A stretch of DNA of 64,000 nt. Origin: a virus. A program made the position numbers and the translations under genes. Positions 19,176 to 27,929 of the stretch are shown piece after piece. Under the pieces are notes generated by a model. The model saw nothing but the letters and a program-made list of their open reading frames with translations. It searched no databases and was not told where the DNA came from. Position 1 is the first letter of the stretch. The number at the start of each line of letters is the position of its first letter. The stretch is from the IMG/VR virus record IMGVR_UViG_3300018080_000167, positions 10,774-74,773 of that record; one strand, given 5' to 3'.

Positions 19176-19847
19176 TTAATAGTTTTCGGCCTCTTCTCTT
19201 GTCATAAAAAAATGAATACCGTGTGTACAAGTTTTCCGTATATCCGTATCGAAGTGATCCGCATAGACCGTTTCACCCTCTTTGTACACTACACCCGTAT
19301 CATATAATCCGCACCCATTGCCCTCGATTACCTTCACGTATTCAGCCCTACATTTTCTTGAAGTGGGCACTGATATGCGGGCCGCCTCGGCCGGAATACG
19401 AATCTTTATGACACCCCCCCTTACGGCCTTGTATGCGATAAAACTGCCCTCCTCCGGGCATACCGCGTACGGTGAAAATTTGCAGCCATCAATATTCGCG
19501 CCCCACAAATCCGCGCGCCGCAAATCCGCGTCCCGCAAATTCGCGCCCTGTAAATCCGCGCGCCGCAAATCCGCGTCCCGCAAATTCGCGCCCTGTAAAT
19601 CCGCGCGCCGCAAATCCGCGCCCCACAAAGCCGCATCCCGCAAGTCCGCGCCCCACAAAGCCGCATCCCGCAAGTCCGCGCCCCGCAAATCCGCGTCCCG
19701 CAAATTCACACCCCACAAATCCGCGTTCCGCAAATCCACGTACCGCAAATCCGCGTCCCGCAAATCCGCGCGCCGCAAATCCGCGCCCTGCAAATTCGCA
19801 CCCTGCAAGTCCGCGCCCCTTTTAATTTCATAGCCTTTTACGTTCAT
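19176..19847 (-). CDS. Pentapeptide-repeat protein with C-terminal DUF5758-like domain
   Basis: ~22 A(D/N)Lxx repeats, then CPEEGSFIAYK..KCRAEYVKV..CTHGIHFFMTREEAENY. Confidence 0.9.
   Translation of the reverse strand: MNVKGYEIKRGADLQGANLQGADLRRADLRDADLRYVDLRNADLWGVNLRDADLRGADLRDAALWGADLRDAALWGADLRRADLQGANLRDADLRRADLQGANLRDADLRRADLWGANIDGCKFSPYAVCPEEGSFIAYKAVRGGVIKIRIPAEAARISVPTSRKCRAEYVKVIEGNGCGLYDTGVVYKEGETVYADHFDTDIRKTCTHGIHFFMTREEAENY
19490..19818 (-). repeat. 15-bp degenerate tandem repeat encoding the pentapeptides
   Basis: Recurring cgcaaatccgcg units; 45-bp and 30-bp exact duplications. Confidence 0.85.
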
Positions 19848-20059
19848 TTTATTATCCTTGTATTTTTTGTTTCAACTTTTTTTGTTTTATTTTGATTTTT
19901 ATGTACCAAGCCGGTATGTATCAAATCACAAATGGCTGTAAAAACATTGTCGTCGATTTTTTCAGCGTGTTCTTTTATTTCGTCTATCATGTCTTGCCCA
20001 AGTGTCCACTTAACCTCATTGTTATTATAAACTAAGATAATTTCCATATTGTCTTCCAT
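19844..20059 (-). CDS. Hypothetical protein
   Basis: AGGAG RBS after class A promoter. Confidence 0.6.
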   Translation of the reverse strand: MEDNMEIILVYNNNEVKWTLGQDMIDEIKEHAEKIDDNVFTAICDLIHTGLVHKNQNKTKKVETKNTRIIK

Positions 20060-20069
20060 TTTTTTTCTC

Positions 20070-20110
20070 CTTACATCTATTGCACATAGGATTGATTTTT
20101 TAAATTAATT
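20070..20110 (-). promoter_or_regulatory. Class A phage promoter
   Basis: ATCAATCCTATGTGCAATAGATGTAAG. Confidence 0.7.
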
Positions 20111-20113
20111 TTT

Positions 20114-20341
20114 TTAAATATTTTCTATTTCTTTTAGAATTTCTTTTACTATTGCCAAAGAATTTTCGTAGTCACGCTCTTTAAATTCCATAGCTCCAGA
20201 GCCAAAAAAGAGGTCCCACAAAAAATCAGCTTCTTTTTTGTCTTGTGGGCGTATTGCTTGCAATCTATAAAGTCCAATTTTTGCAAGATGATTTTTAATT
20301 TTAGTTTTAATAAAGTTATATTCTTTTTTTGAAAGACCCAT
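20114..20341 (-). CDS. Hypothetical protein (paralogue 3 of tandem trio)
   Basis: EYNFIKTKIK...LWDL. Confidence 0.6.
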   Translation of the reverse strand: MGLSKKEYNFIKTKIKNHLAKIGLYRLQAIRPQDKKEADFLWDLFFGSGAMEFKERDYENSLAIVKEILKEIENI

Positions 20342-20358
20342 TTTTTCTACTCCCAACT

Positions 20359-20676
20359 TTATAAAAGATCATATTCTACTCCATCCGATTTAATAATGTC
20401 TTTAATTGCATAAACAACAACCATTGTAATATGTGCGTGTAAAGCCTTCGGTTTAACATTATCAATAATAAAATCGACTATATCACAATCATGATAAAGT
20501 TTCCAAACAAGTGCATGCCAAGAAAAATTGCATCGTGCATATAATTTTTTATGCATCTCTTTTAATTGTTCACCATCGTATTTTTCTCTAATCTTGCTTT
20601 TTACAAATTCATAATTTTCTCTTGTCATTTCTGTGCTTTTGTCAAGTAGTGTATAGTATTTTGTAAAATTTTTCAT
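20359..20676 (-). CDS. Hypothetical protein (paralogue 2 of tandem trio)
   Basis: ENYEFVKSKIREKYDGEQL...SW..LVW. Confidence 0.65.
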   Translation of the reverse strand: MKNFTKYYTLLDKSTEMTRENYEFVKSKIREKYDGEQLKEMHKKLYARCNFSWHALVWKLYHDCDIVDFIIDNVKPKALHAHITMVVVYAIKDIIKSDGVEYDLL

Positions 20677-20966
20677 TTTTTGCTCTCTTTTGTAATAGCT
20701 TTATTTACTTCAGATTCGTCAATAATATCGCTTATTACCTTACCAACAGCAATTTGCACCTCTGTAGCATTTAAATAATTGTATAAATTACCCAAAACAA
20801 AGTACACAAGATCAATAGAAGTACAAAGAATATCCCACACGAACGATTCCCACGAAAGCCCCATACTACGCGCCAAGTGCCGCCTGTTAAGCTCAAGTTG
20901 TGCGCCGTTATAATTTTCTTTGATCTTATTTTTAATAAATTCGTAATGTTCTGTAGATATTTTCAT
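20673..20966 (-). CDS. Hypothetical protein (paralogue 1 of tandem trio)
   Basis: EHYEFIKNKIKENYNGAQL...SW..FVWD. Confidence 0.65.
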   Translation of the reverse strand: MKISTEHYEFIKNKIKENYNGAQLELNRRHLARSMGLSWESFVWDILCTSIDLVYFVLGNLYNYLNATEVQIAVGKVISDIIDESEVNKAITKESKK

Positions 20967-21700
20967 TAGTTTATCTTTCTTAATTTTAATAAACTTACAA
21001 TTCTCACCTTCTTTTTAATTCTAACACATCTATGTTGAGAAGTATTCCTGTTGCCATTTCCTCTATTTCTCCAAGCTCTTCGATTTCAGGATATTTTTCA
21101 GATAAACTAGATGTAATTTCTTTTATTTTTGTTGCTCTGCTCTCTATACATTTAATTATTGTCATTAATGTTCTCCTTTATTCAAATATTAAGCCATTTT
21201 GCCACATGAATTTCAATGGTTGATTTTGCCATTTCTGGATATTTGTTAAAAAAATTAAAATATGCTTCTCTTGCCTCTTCTCCTGCTTTGACTTCTGCTT
21301 CAATAAGCTCTAATGCTTCTTCACAGGCATTGTCGATATAATCAATATTCATTATGTTCTCCCCGTTTAATTCCTATTTAATATAGATATTATATCCGTC
21401 TATTTCAAACATTGTACGATGTTCACAACACATATATCCAGATTTGACAATACGATTTTCTTCTGGAGATATTACAGTCGTAAATTTAATATCATTGTCA
21501 TAGTTTTCGTGTTCGCAGTCTCTACACTCACAACATTGGGTTTTATTCATAATGTTTTTCTCCTAAAATAAAAAAAGCCCACGCCAAAAGAGGTGTTCTA
21601 ACGTGGACTATAAGGGAATATTTTTTAAATAAATTTATCTAAATAGGTTGAATCTGACAAGTCAAATCATCTATTTAGGTTCCAGCTTTATTGAATTTCC

Positions 21701-21742
21701 TTCTCACATACTACACGCCGGATTGAAAAAATGAGATTAAAA
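21701..21742 (-). promoter_or_regulatory. Class A phage promoter (heads three short ORFs at ~21000-21550)
   Basis: TTTTAATCTCATTTTTTCAATCCGGCGTGTAGTATGTGAG. Confidence 0.7.
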
Positions 21743-21850
21743 AATATTTTTTGTATTATAATTGTTGTAAGACAATCTATTGTTATCTAATATTAAAAAT
21801 TAAAAGAAATGACTGTTTGGAACCATTATTTGCGCTTGATACAATAAATG

Positions 21851-22033
21851 TTACATTTGACGCAATTGTTTTATCTTTTGTAACATCTCATGTTGCTTTG
21901 TCCGCAATTGGAGCAGGTCGAGGCATTCTGTGAAGTGTGCATTTTTGTCGAGCTGTTTGAGTTGTTCGTGACTAAGTTGTTGTGCAATTTCAACGAATGC
22001 TTCTACAATCTGTGAGCGCGGCTGTAACTTCAT
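21851..22033 (-). CDS. Hypothetical protein
   Basis: AGGAGG RBS. Confidence 0.55.
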   Translation of the reverse strand: MKLQPRSQIVEAFVEIAQQLSHEQLKQLDKNAHFTECLDLLQLRTKQHEMLQKIKQLRQM

Positions 22034-22547
22034 AATTTCCTCCTAAATGGTATTTTAATAAGAAAAAAAGCACTTTTTGTTTTTTAATAATACTACAAAT
22101 AAAAAGAAGAATAAGAGAGAAAGGAGTAGAAAGGGGAAGGGAGTTAGGAAAAGGTTGGTGGGTTGGGTGTTTCCTATTGTGAGATGCGCCAAAAAAATGA
22201 TAATTCTCTAACGATTTTTCCGTTTTGCTTCCGCCATTAACGTTGCCGCCCCTGCTATTACTCTTAGTAATTGCTGTTTTTAGCCAAAAAATTAACTTTT
22301 TTTTAAAAGGAGCCATTATTATTTTTATTCTCCCGACTTTTAATAATATTATTATAACGAATATTATCTAACGTATTATTGCCAAAAAAATCCTTTTTTA
22401 CATTAATAACTTCACTAATAATAGCATTTTTACTGCTTTTTTTATGTCGCCATTATTATCTAAGGTATTACGGGTGTGCCCTTATTATACAAATCGATAC
22501 AAATCGTTGTTTTTGAGCCAAAAATGGCACTTTCATTTAACACTTCT

Positions 22548-22698
22548 AACCGTCATATGACACTTTCCAACCGTCATATGACACTTTCTGAACCGTCGTG
22601 TGACATTTTCCAACCGTCATATGACACTTTCTGAACCGTCGTGTGACACTTTCCAACCGTCATATGACACTTTCTGAACCGTCGTATGACGACTTCTC
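22548..22698. repeat. Iteron-like tandem array, 7 units of 21/22 bp (43-bp higher-order period)
   Basis: AACCGTCRTRTGACACTTTC(C/TG) at 22548, 22569, 22591, 22612, 22634, 22655, 22677. Confidence 0.9.
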
Positions 22699-22703
22699 AA
22701 TTA

Positions 22704-23015
22704 TTATGTGAACGGAATAACATCGTCATCACAACCATTTATACAAGTATCAATATCATCGATTTTTTCTTTTAATATTTTATATTGTTTTTCTACATCG
22801 TCTAATCTGATATTAGCCGCATTCAGCGCTTGCAATACCTCTTCTTGGAATTTATTAAAATCATTGGCTTTAATATAATTGCCAGTATGAGTTACATTAT
22901 TAACAGTATTATTTTTTCTATAATAATATTTTCTATGATTATCACAACAAAATTTTTGTTGTTTTCCAAACAAAGGTTTTCCGCAATATTCACATTTTTT
23001 AGTATATTCTACCAT
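22704..23015 (-). CDS. Zinc-finger plus coiled-coil protein
   Basis: CEYCGK...KFCCDNHRK. Confidence 0.6.
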   Translation of the reverse strand: MVEYTKKCEYCGKPLFGKQQKFCCDNHRKYYYRKNNTVNNVTHTGNYIKANDFNKFQEEVLQALNAANIRLDDVEKQYKILKEKIDDIDTCINGCDDDVIPFT

Positions 23016-23165
23016 ATATTACCTCGATATTAAAAATTATCTTTTTTTAATGGTTTCCAACAAATCGCTGTTTTAATTTCTTCAAGCTCCTTTTTAATTT
23101 CTATATTTTCCTTTTCAAGTGCTGAAATTTTTGCCAACAGCATTTCAATTATTTCTTCAAACATT

Positions 23166-23393
23166 TTATTTTTCTTCTTCCAGACTATCGAGCCTTTCTT
23201 CGACATCACAGATGCTATTTTCAAGCTCTGCGAGCCCTTCACTTAGCTCAAGTATTGCGGGTGATTGTTCAAGAGTGTCAAGTCGATCATCCAGCCGAAT
23301 TGCAAAAGATTTAATAATTTCGAGCTTTTCTTCCAGCCTATCTATTTTTTCTTGCATTTCCTGTATCTCGACAACCATTTTGTATTCCATCAT
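23166..23393 (-). CDS. Acidic coiled-coil protein
   Basis: Heptad pattern. Confidence 0.55.
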   Translation of the reverse strand: MMEYKMVVEIQEMQEKIDRLEEKLEIIKSFAIRLDDRLDTLEQSPAILELSEGLAELENSICDVEERLDSLEEEK

Positions 23394-23575
23394 TATTCCT
23401 TTTCGTTAAGTTGCCTTTTAAGCTCTGCAATTTCTTGCTCAAGTTTATATACTTTTGATTTTGTATCGTTCATAATATTTATTATTGCCAACCATATTTG
23501 TGAAAAACTATCTGTAATTGCATTGCCTACTTCATAATCTTTATTAGCTCTTGGTACAGTTACTTTATTAAACAT
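23393..23575 (-). CDS. Small coiled-coil protein
   Basis: TAATG coupling. Confidence 0.5.
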   Translation of the reverse strand: MFNKVTVPRANKDYEVGNAITDSFSQIWLAIINIMNDTKSKVYKLEQEIAELKRQLNEKE

Positions 23576-23590
23576 AATGGGTCCTTTCTG

Positions 23591-23851
23591 CTACTTTTTT
23601 GCAGCCCTAAAAAAGTCATATAATGATTCGTGTTTATCTTTATAAAAATTTTCACCATCATCAAAGAGTGGCTCAGAAGCCTCACAGCCGTCAATTAGCT
23701 CATTTTCTTTTATCGTCTCTTCCAGTACAACATCAAACCTTTTAAGCCAATAACGCGCCTCTCCTACCGTTACACCCAAACTTTTAGCCATCTCTCGGAC
23801 ATTAGAACTTGCTTCCGCCAATTCTTTAATAGTTTTTTTGTTGATATCCAT
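23591..23851 (-). CDS. HTH DNA-binding protein
   Basis: NVREMAKSLGVTVGEARYWLKRF; AGGAG RBS after class B promoter. Confidence 0.6.
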   Translation of the reverse strand: MDINKKTIKELAEASSNVREMAKSLGVTVGEARYWLKRFDVVLEETIKENELIDGCEASEPLFDDGENFYKDKHESLYDFFRAAKK

Positions 23852-23866
23852 AATAATACTCCTTTC

Positions 23867-23903
23867 TACATATAATATCTACTATATTGTAATTTTTTCC
23901 TAA
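23867..23903 (-). promoter_or_regulatory. Class B phage promoter
   Basis: TAGGAA..AGTAGATATTATATGTAG. Confidence 0.7.
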
Positions 23904-24099
23904 TGAATTTGAAATAATTTTATTTTCTCTATTGACAGAGGGGTTCCCTTTTCTCCCTTCCCATAATTTAAGTTTATGGCGGCGGCTACCCCTTCAGGGT
24001 AAGGAGGGGGGAGCTATGCCTAACCATTATTTTTAGCAAAAAAAGCCTAAATAAAAAAGGCGCTCGCCGATTATGAAAAAAGAGACATTTTTTGGAAAA

Positions 24100-24460
24100 C
24101 CTATTGCTCATCGCTTCTGTAGAGCGTCGAAAGCACGGTGGCATATTATATTTTCCTACATGTTCGGGTGCTGGTTGCAAAGGGAACCAGGGAAGCAGAG
24201 CCAGCGCGCACCGTGAGAGGCTCACTAAAATCGATGGTCTCCCGCCACTCGTGGCGATATATGCCTCCCGCTGTTTCCAGCTACTAAGCAATATATTCTT
24301 TTCCATCGACACCTCTCTTTTTCCCTAAAGCTATTAACTTAAGGTACTTACTAATTAGGTAGCTTTCAAACCTTTGGTTTTTTTATTAAAGAGAGTAACC
24401 TGTCTGAAATCTCTCTAATTTAACAGCAAAGCGATTCGCTGTAAAGAGAACCTTTCTCTA
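24100..24460 (-). ncRNA. Candidate large structured non-coding RNA
   Basis: Nested helices, a GCTG-GAAA-CAGC tetraloop on the minus strand, elevated GC, directly downstream of a class B promoter. Confidence 0.5.
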
Positions 24461-24496
24461 TTATATAATATCTACTAAAATGCCTCTTTTATTCAA
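24461..24496 (-). promoter_or_regulatory. Class B phage promoter
   Basis: TTGAAT-N14-AGTAGATATTATATAA. Confidence 0.7.
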
Positions 24497-24796
24497 TATT
24501 TTTTAAAATTTATTTTTTTTAATGAAAATATTATAGAATTTATTATAAAATGTATTACTGCAAATATTAAAGGGGGGAGGGTTAAAGTGTAATTATAAAA
24601 GAAGTTATTAAGGATTGCCAATTTGGCAATTTCATCTCCAGTCGCTCTCGCTCTCTGAACACAAAAAGGTAATTATTATAAAAGTTATTAAAGTAAGTAT
24701 TACTGTATAACAAAAAATAAAGAAGGCGACGATTATGCCGCCCTCAATATTTTCTTGATCTTAAAAAACTATTATTATTTTGGATCAATAGAATTA

Positions 24797-25018
24797 TTAT
24801 TCTTGCTGCACCCCGTTAAAACCATTATAAATATGAACGCCCTCCTCTGTAGGTTCCCACTTCCTATAAACCTCATAGGATTGATTGCCATAGCGCACAC
24901 TAGTAAAGCGTGCTACAAGCCGCCATTCGGATGCATAATGGTAATGATCAGCTAACCAAAGCAGCATTTTTTTGTCTCTTGGCTCTGCATATTTTTCAAT
25001 TTCTTCTTTAATTTTCAT
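24797..25018 (-). CDS. Hypothetical protein
   Basis: AGGAGAG RBS. Confidence 0.6.
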   Translation of the reverse strand: MKIKEEIEKYAEPRDKKMLLWLADHYHYASEWRLVARFTSVRYGNQSYEVYRKWEPTEEGVHIYNGFNGVQQE

Positions 25019-25030
25019 AGTGTGGCTCTC

Positions 25031-25333
25031 CTAACTACAATAAAGATAAAGTTTTACACAATCTTCACCATTTTCATCTTCAAAAAGTTTAACAAGATGT
25101 CCGCTAAAAAAAGAATCTGCGTCATACCCATCAAATGGCTTCATCCAATCTGGGGGATTTGGATTATAGACGGGATTGTGAACAGCCATAAATTCGCTTA
25201 AAAAGTATTTTTCGCCGTTGTGCTCAAAGTATTGCTCCAGCTCTCCGTTTTCTTTGTCGTCTTCCCATTCTGGGATTCCGTAATTTAATTCTTTGATCCC
25301 TAAAAATTTAATATCAGGTTTATCGCACTCCAT
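25031..25333 (-). CDS. Acidic hypothetical protein
   Basis: GGAGG RBS before MECDKPD; YFEHNGEKYFLSEFM..FDGY.ADSFFSG.LVK. Confidence 0.65.
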   Translation of the reverse strand: MECDKPDIKFLGIKELNYGIPEWEDDKENGELEQYFEHNGEKYFLSEFMAVHNPVYNPNPPDWMKPFDGYDADSFFSGHLVKLFEDENGEDCVKLYLYCS

Positions 25334-25334
25334 T

Positions 25335-25511
25335 TTAATCCTCCACTTCTTCGAGTTTAAAATCGTCGCAATCAAGATAATCGTCCGCATTGTCAATATG
25401 CTCTTCATAGTCAAGCTGTTCCATCTTTGCCTTCGCTTCTTTTTCACTATCTGCTTTTACCTTGAAATATTCACGCACTGTAATTTTTTGACTAAAAATG
25501 TAAGTTTTCAT
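25335..25511 (-). CDS. Small acidic protein (58 aa)
   Basis: MKTYIFSQKITVREYFKVKADSEKEAK; GGAGG RBS. Confidence 0.55.
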   Translation of the reverse strand: MKTYIFSQKITVREYFKVKADSEKEAKAKMEQLDYEEHIDNADDYLDCDDFKLEEVED

Positions 25512-25512
25512 T

Positions 25513-25677
25513 TCATCCTCCTATAAAGTCATAAAGTTTTTCAAGTGTTTGAACAGCTCCAAAGGAATAATATTCAGCTTTCATATAACTATTATATATA
25601 AAAGTAAAATATTTGTTCCCGCCTTCATGCATAATTCTGAAATTGTAACCGTTTTGACTCCCTGTTAATGTTTCCAT
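25513..25677 (-). CDS. Small hypothetical protein (54 aa)
   Basis: AGGAGG RBS after class A promoter. Confidence 0.5.
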   Translation of the reverse strand: METLTGSQNGYNFRIMHEGGNKYFTFIYNSYMKAEYYSFGAVQTLEKLYDFIGG

Positions 25678-25688
25678 TTTTTTACCTC

Positions 25689-25730
25689 CTTACATCCTTC
25701 ACACGTAGGATTGAAAAAATAGAATGAAAA
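25689..25730 (-). promoter_or_regulatory. Class A phage promoter (leftward of divergent pair)
   Basis: TTTTCATTCTATTTTTTCAATCCTACGTGTGAAGGATGTAAG. Confidence 0.7.
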
Positions 25731-25923
25731 ATATATTTTTTTACTTATACATCTATATATAATAAACAACATCCTATGTATGGCAGTGTACATTTTTTGT
25801 ACATCGACATAAGATGTACATCATTAAAAGATACACTAATACGTTCCGTTATATCTTTACAATTAAACCTGTATTTAATATTTCCATCAATAAATTAGCT
25901 ATTAAAATTGAAAGCTGAAAAAA

Positions 25924-25964
25924 TTTTAATAAAAAAATTCAATCCGGTGTGCGGTAGATGTAAG
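25924..25964 (+). promoter_or_regulatory. Class A phage promoter (rightward of divergent pair)
   Basis: TTTTAATAAAAAAATTCAATCCGGTGTGCGGTAGATGTAAG. Confidence 0.7.
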
Positions 25965-26010
25965 CAAAAATTTAAATTTTACAAAAAACTATTATTAAAG
26001 GAGAGGCAAG

Positions 26011-26565
26011 ATGAACTACGAAAAAGAGTCTGGAAGTTTGTATGATAAAAGAGCAAGGTGGGCTTCAAGGCTCCGCAGTCTGCGCAACGAACTGAATGAT
26101 ACAGCATCAGAGCTTGGAATAGATGATTATTTTTATAATCTGTTCAACGGGGCTGGTGATGTAATCCATAGTCTTATGTGCGAATTTATTGATTCTTTGA
26201 AGGAGGATGAAATGAAAGTTGACATTGAAGACACTTTACAGAAGAATGTTGATGAGGCAATTGAAAATTTGGAAGAGCTTATTGAAGAAACATGGGAAGA
26301 CGAGGAAGAAAGAGAAGAGTTGACGGCATTTGAGATTCAACAAAAACTCGATTATGATGGTAGGATTCACGAAATTATTGATAGTGCAGTACCTATTTAT
26401 ACAAAAGAGATCAAGGATACATGGTATTTACACGAACACAAATTACTTGAGGCATACGAAAATGAAGGACTTGGGAAAAACCCCCACGAGAACGATGGGA
26501 TGGTTGCAATCTTTTGTTACATTTCACAAAAGGTTTTTGAATGGCTTTTCCAAGAGTACAATTGA
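26011..26565 (+). CDS. Acidic protein with Ocr (T7 gp0.3)-like DNA-mimic C-terminal domain
   Basis: IHEIIDSAVPIYTKEI resembles Ocr IHMAADNAVPHYYADI; internal AGGAGG-ATG start at 26212. Confidence 0.6.
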   Translation: MNYEKESGSLYDKRARWASRLRSLRNELNDTASELGIDDYFYNLFNGAGDVIHSLMCEFIDSLKEDEMKVDIEDTLQKNVDEAIENLEELIEETWEDEEEREELTAFEIQQKLDYDGRIHEIIDSAVPIYTKEIKDTWYLHEHKLLEAYENEGLGKNPHENDGMVAIFCYISQKVFEWLFQEYN

Positions 26566-26576
26566 TAGGAGGAAAA

Positions 26577-26777
26577 ATGAAAACAGCAAATAAAAAATAT
26601 CGTTATTCGCCATCTTTTTTTGATAGTATTATTGCACCACCAGACGGAATAAACGATGGAGATATTGTGACAGTTATTAATGATGCATCTTTGCCAAAGT
26701 CAAAAGGGAATTCTTTTGTGACAAAAGATGGTGGACCTGTGCGAATGGTAAACGATAATTCATTAGAAAAGGTTTAG
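26577..26777 (+). CDS. Hypothetical protein
   Basis: AGGAGG RBS; MKTANKKY. Confidence 0.55.
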   Translation: MKTANKKYRYSPSFFDSIIAPPDGINDGDIVTVINDASLPKSKGNSFVTKDGGPVRMVNDNSLEKV

Positions 26778-26786
26778 GGAGAAAAG

Positions 26787-27317
26787 ATGAGAACAAAACA
26801 ATATAATGTTTATAAATTTAACGAACTCTCAAAAGAGGCGCAAGAACAAGCAATATATAATCTCCAAGATATCAATGTAGCGCATAATTGGTGGAGCTAT
26901 ATCTACGGAATGTTTCAACAGTGCGGAATAAAAATAAAATCTTTTGATATATATAGATACCAAATAGAAATTGAATTTATCGAAGACATTGAGGATGTTT
27001 TTAGTAAACTTATTAAAGACTTTGCCCTTTATCCTGCGGAACATATTGCGTCACGATATCAACTTATGATTGAACGTAAAAAACAAGAGGCATTGAATAA
27101 TGAAGGCGTTGACCCATCTGATTTCAGTGTAGAATGTGAAGAAACTTATGATGATATTTGTGATAGTTTTAAGCACAAAATAAAAAATGAAATTTTTGAC
27201 ACATTAAAAAAAGATTACGATTATTTAACAAGCGAAAAAAGCATTGTCGAAACAATCGAACTTAATGACTACGATTTTCTAGATAATGGAGAGTTAGACC
27301 CTTTTCCAACAAGCTAA
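26787..27317 (+). CDS. Acidic conserved phage early protein
   Basis: VYKFNELSKEAQE.A...YDYLTSE.SI.ETIE.NDYDF..NG. Confidence 0.7.
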   Translation: MRTKQYNVYKFNELSKEAQEQAIYNLQDINVAHNWWSYIYGMFQQCGIKIKSFDIYRYQIEIEFIEDIEDVFSKLIKDFALYPAEHIASRYQLMIERKKQEALNNEGVDPSDFSVECEETYDDICDSFKHKIKNEIFDTLKKDYDYLTSEKSIVETIELNDYDFLDNGELDPFPTS

Positions 27318-27487
27318 CCAACGGGAGCAAAATCGCTCCCAAAGTAATTAATACGTGCAGTAATAGGTTTCGGCTTTCTCTGAGGTATTGGCGCGTGTAT
27401 TAAGGGCTTTATTACTTCTGATCTTTAAAATATTATTGTAAGTATTAAAAAAGGTATTATTGTTTAAAAACCAGGAAAATTTTTAAA

Positions 27488-27530
27488 TTTTAATATTCAA
27501 TTTTTCAATCCATAGTGCAGTAGATGTCAG
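27488..27530 (+). promoter_or_regulatory. Class A phage promoter
   Basis: TTTTAATATTCAATTTTTCAATCCATAGTGCAGTAGATGTCAG. Confidence 0.75.
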
Positions 27531-27557
27531 CAAACAATCGAATAAAAGGAGAATAAA

Positions 27558-27854
27558 ATGACACTTAACGATTTTTTAAACAGTGATTATTTTCAGAATT
27601 ACGAACACGATTTTTTCAATACTAATATCTATTTTATGTATGATAACAAGACAATAGATAGAATATTTGAAGCAAGAGAAGATGGATGTGATGGTAGGAC
27701 ACACTTTGAAGTAATAGACTTGTGGAGAGATTCAATTGATTGTGCTTGGCACGATGATGTAGTTACTGAAAAAGAATATGATGATGTTGTTGCAGAGATT
27801 AACAAGTGTGAATTGTGGCATTGTGAAAACGGTTCTTTGTTTCAAACAATTTAA
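27558..27854 (+). CDS. Small acidic protein
   Basis: AGGAG RBS; D/E-rich. Confidence 0.65.
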   Translation: MTLNDFLNSDYFQNYEHDFFNTNIYFMYDNKTIDRIFEAREDGCDGRTHFEVIDLWRDSIDCAWHDDVVTEKEYDDVVAEINKCELWHCENGSLFQTI

Positions 27855-27857
27855 TAA

Positions 27858-27900
27858 TTTTAATCTTCAATTTTTCAATCCAGTGTGCAGTAGATGTGAG
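27858..27900 (+). promoter_or_regulatory. Class A phage promoter
   Basis: TTTTAATCTTCAATTTTTCAATCCAGTGTGCAGTAGATGTGAG. Confidence 0.75.
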
Positions 27901-27929
27901 GGGAAAACAATAACAATTGGGAGGTTATT

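Noticed and set aside
19223-19833. Overlapping alternative-frame ORFs with repeats
   Set aside because: Shadows of the GC-rich 15-bp pentapeptide repeat
22548-22698. Possible CRISPR mini-array
   Set aside because: Units abut directly with no unique spacers, and there are no cas genes in the window
23932-23967. sigma70 promoter TTGACA...CATAAT
   Set aside because: Spacer of 24 bp is too long
23986-24328. Protein-coding ORFs on either strand
   Set aside because: Composition is atypical for this genome and the dense helices fit an RNA better; the minus ORF has a possible RBS so it is not fully excluded
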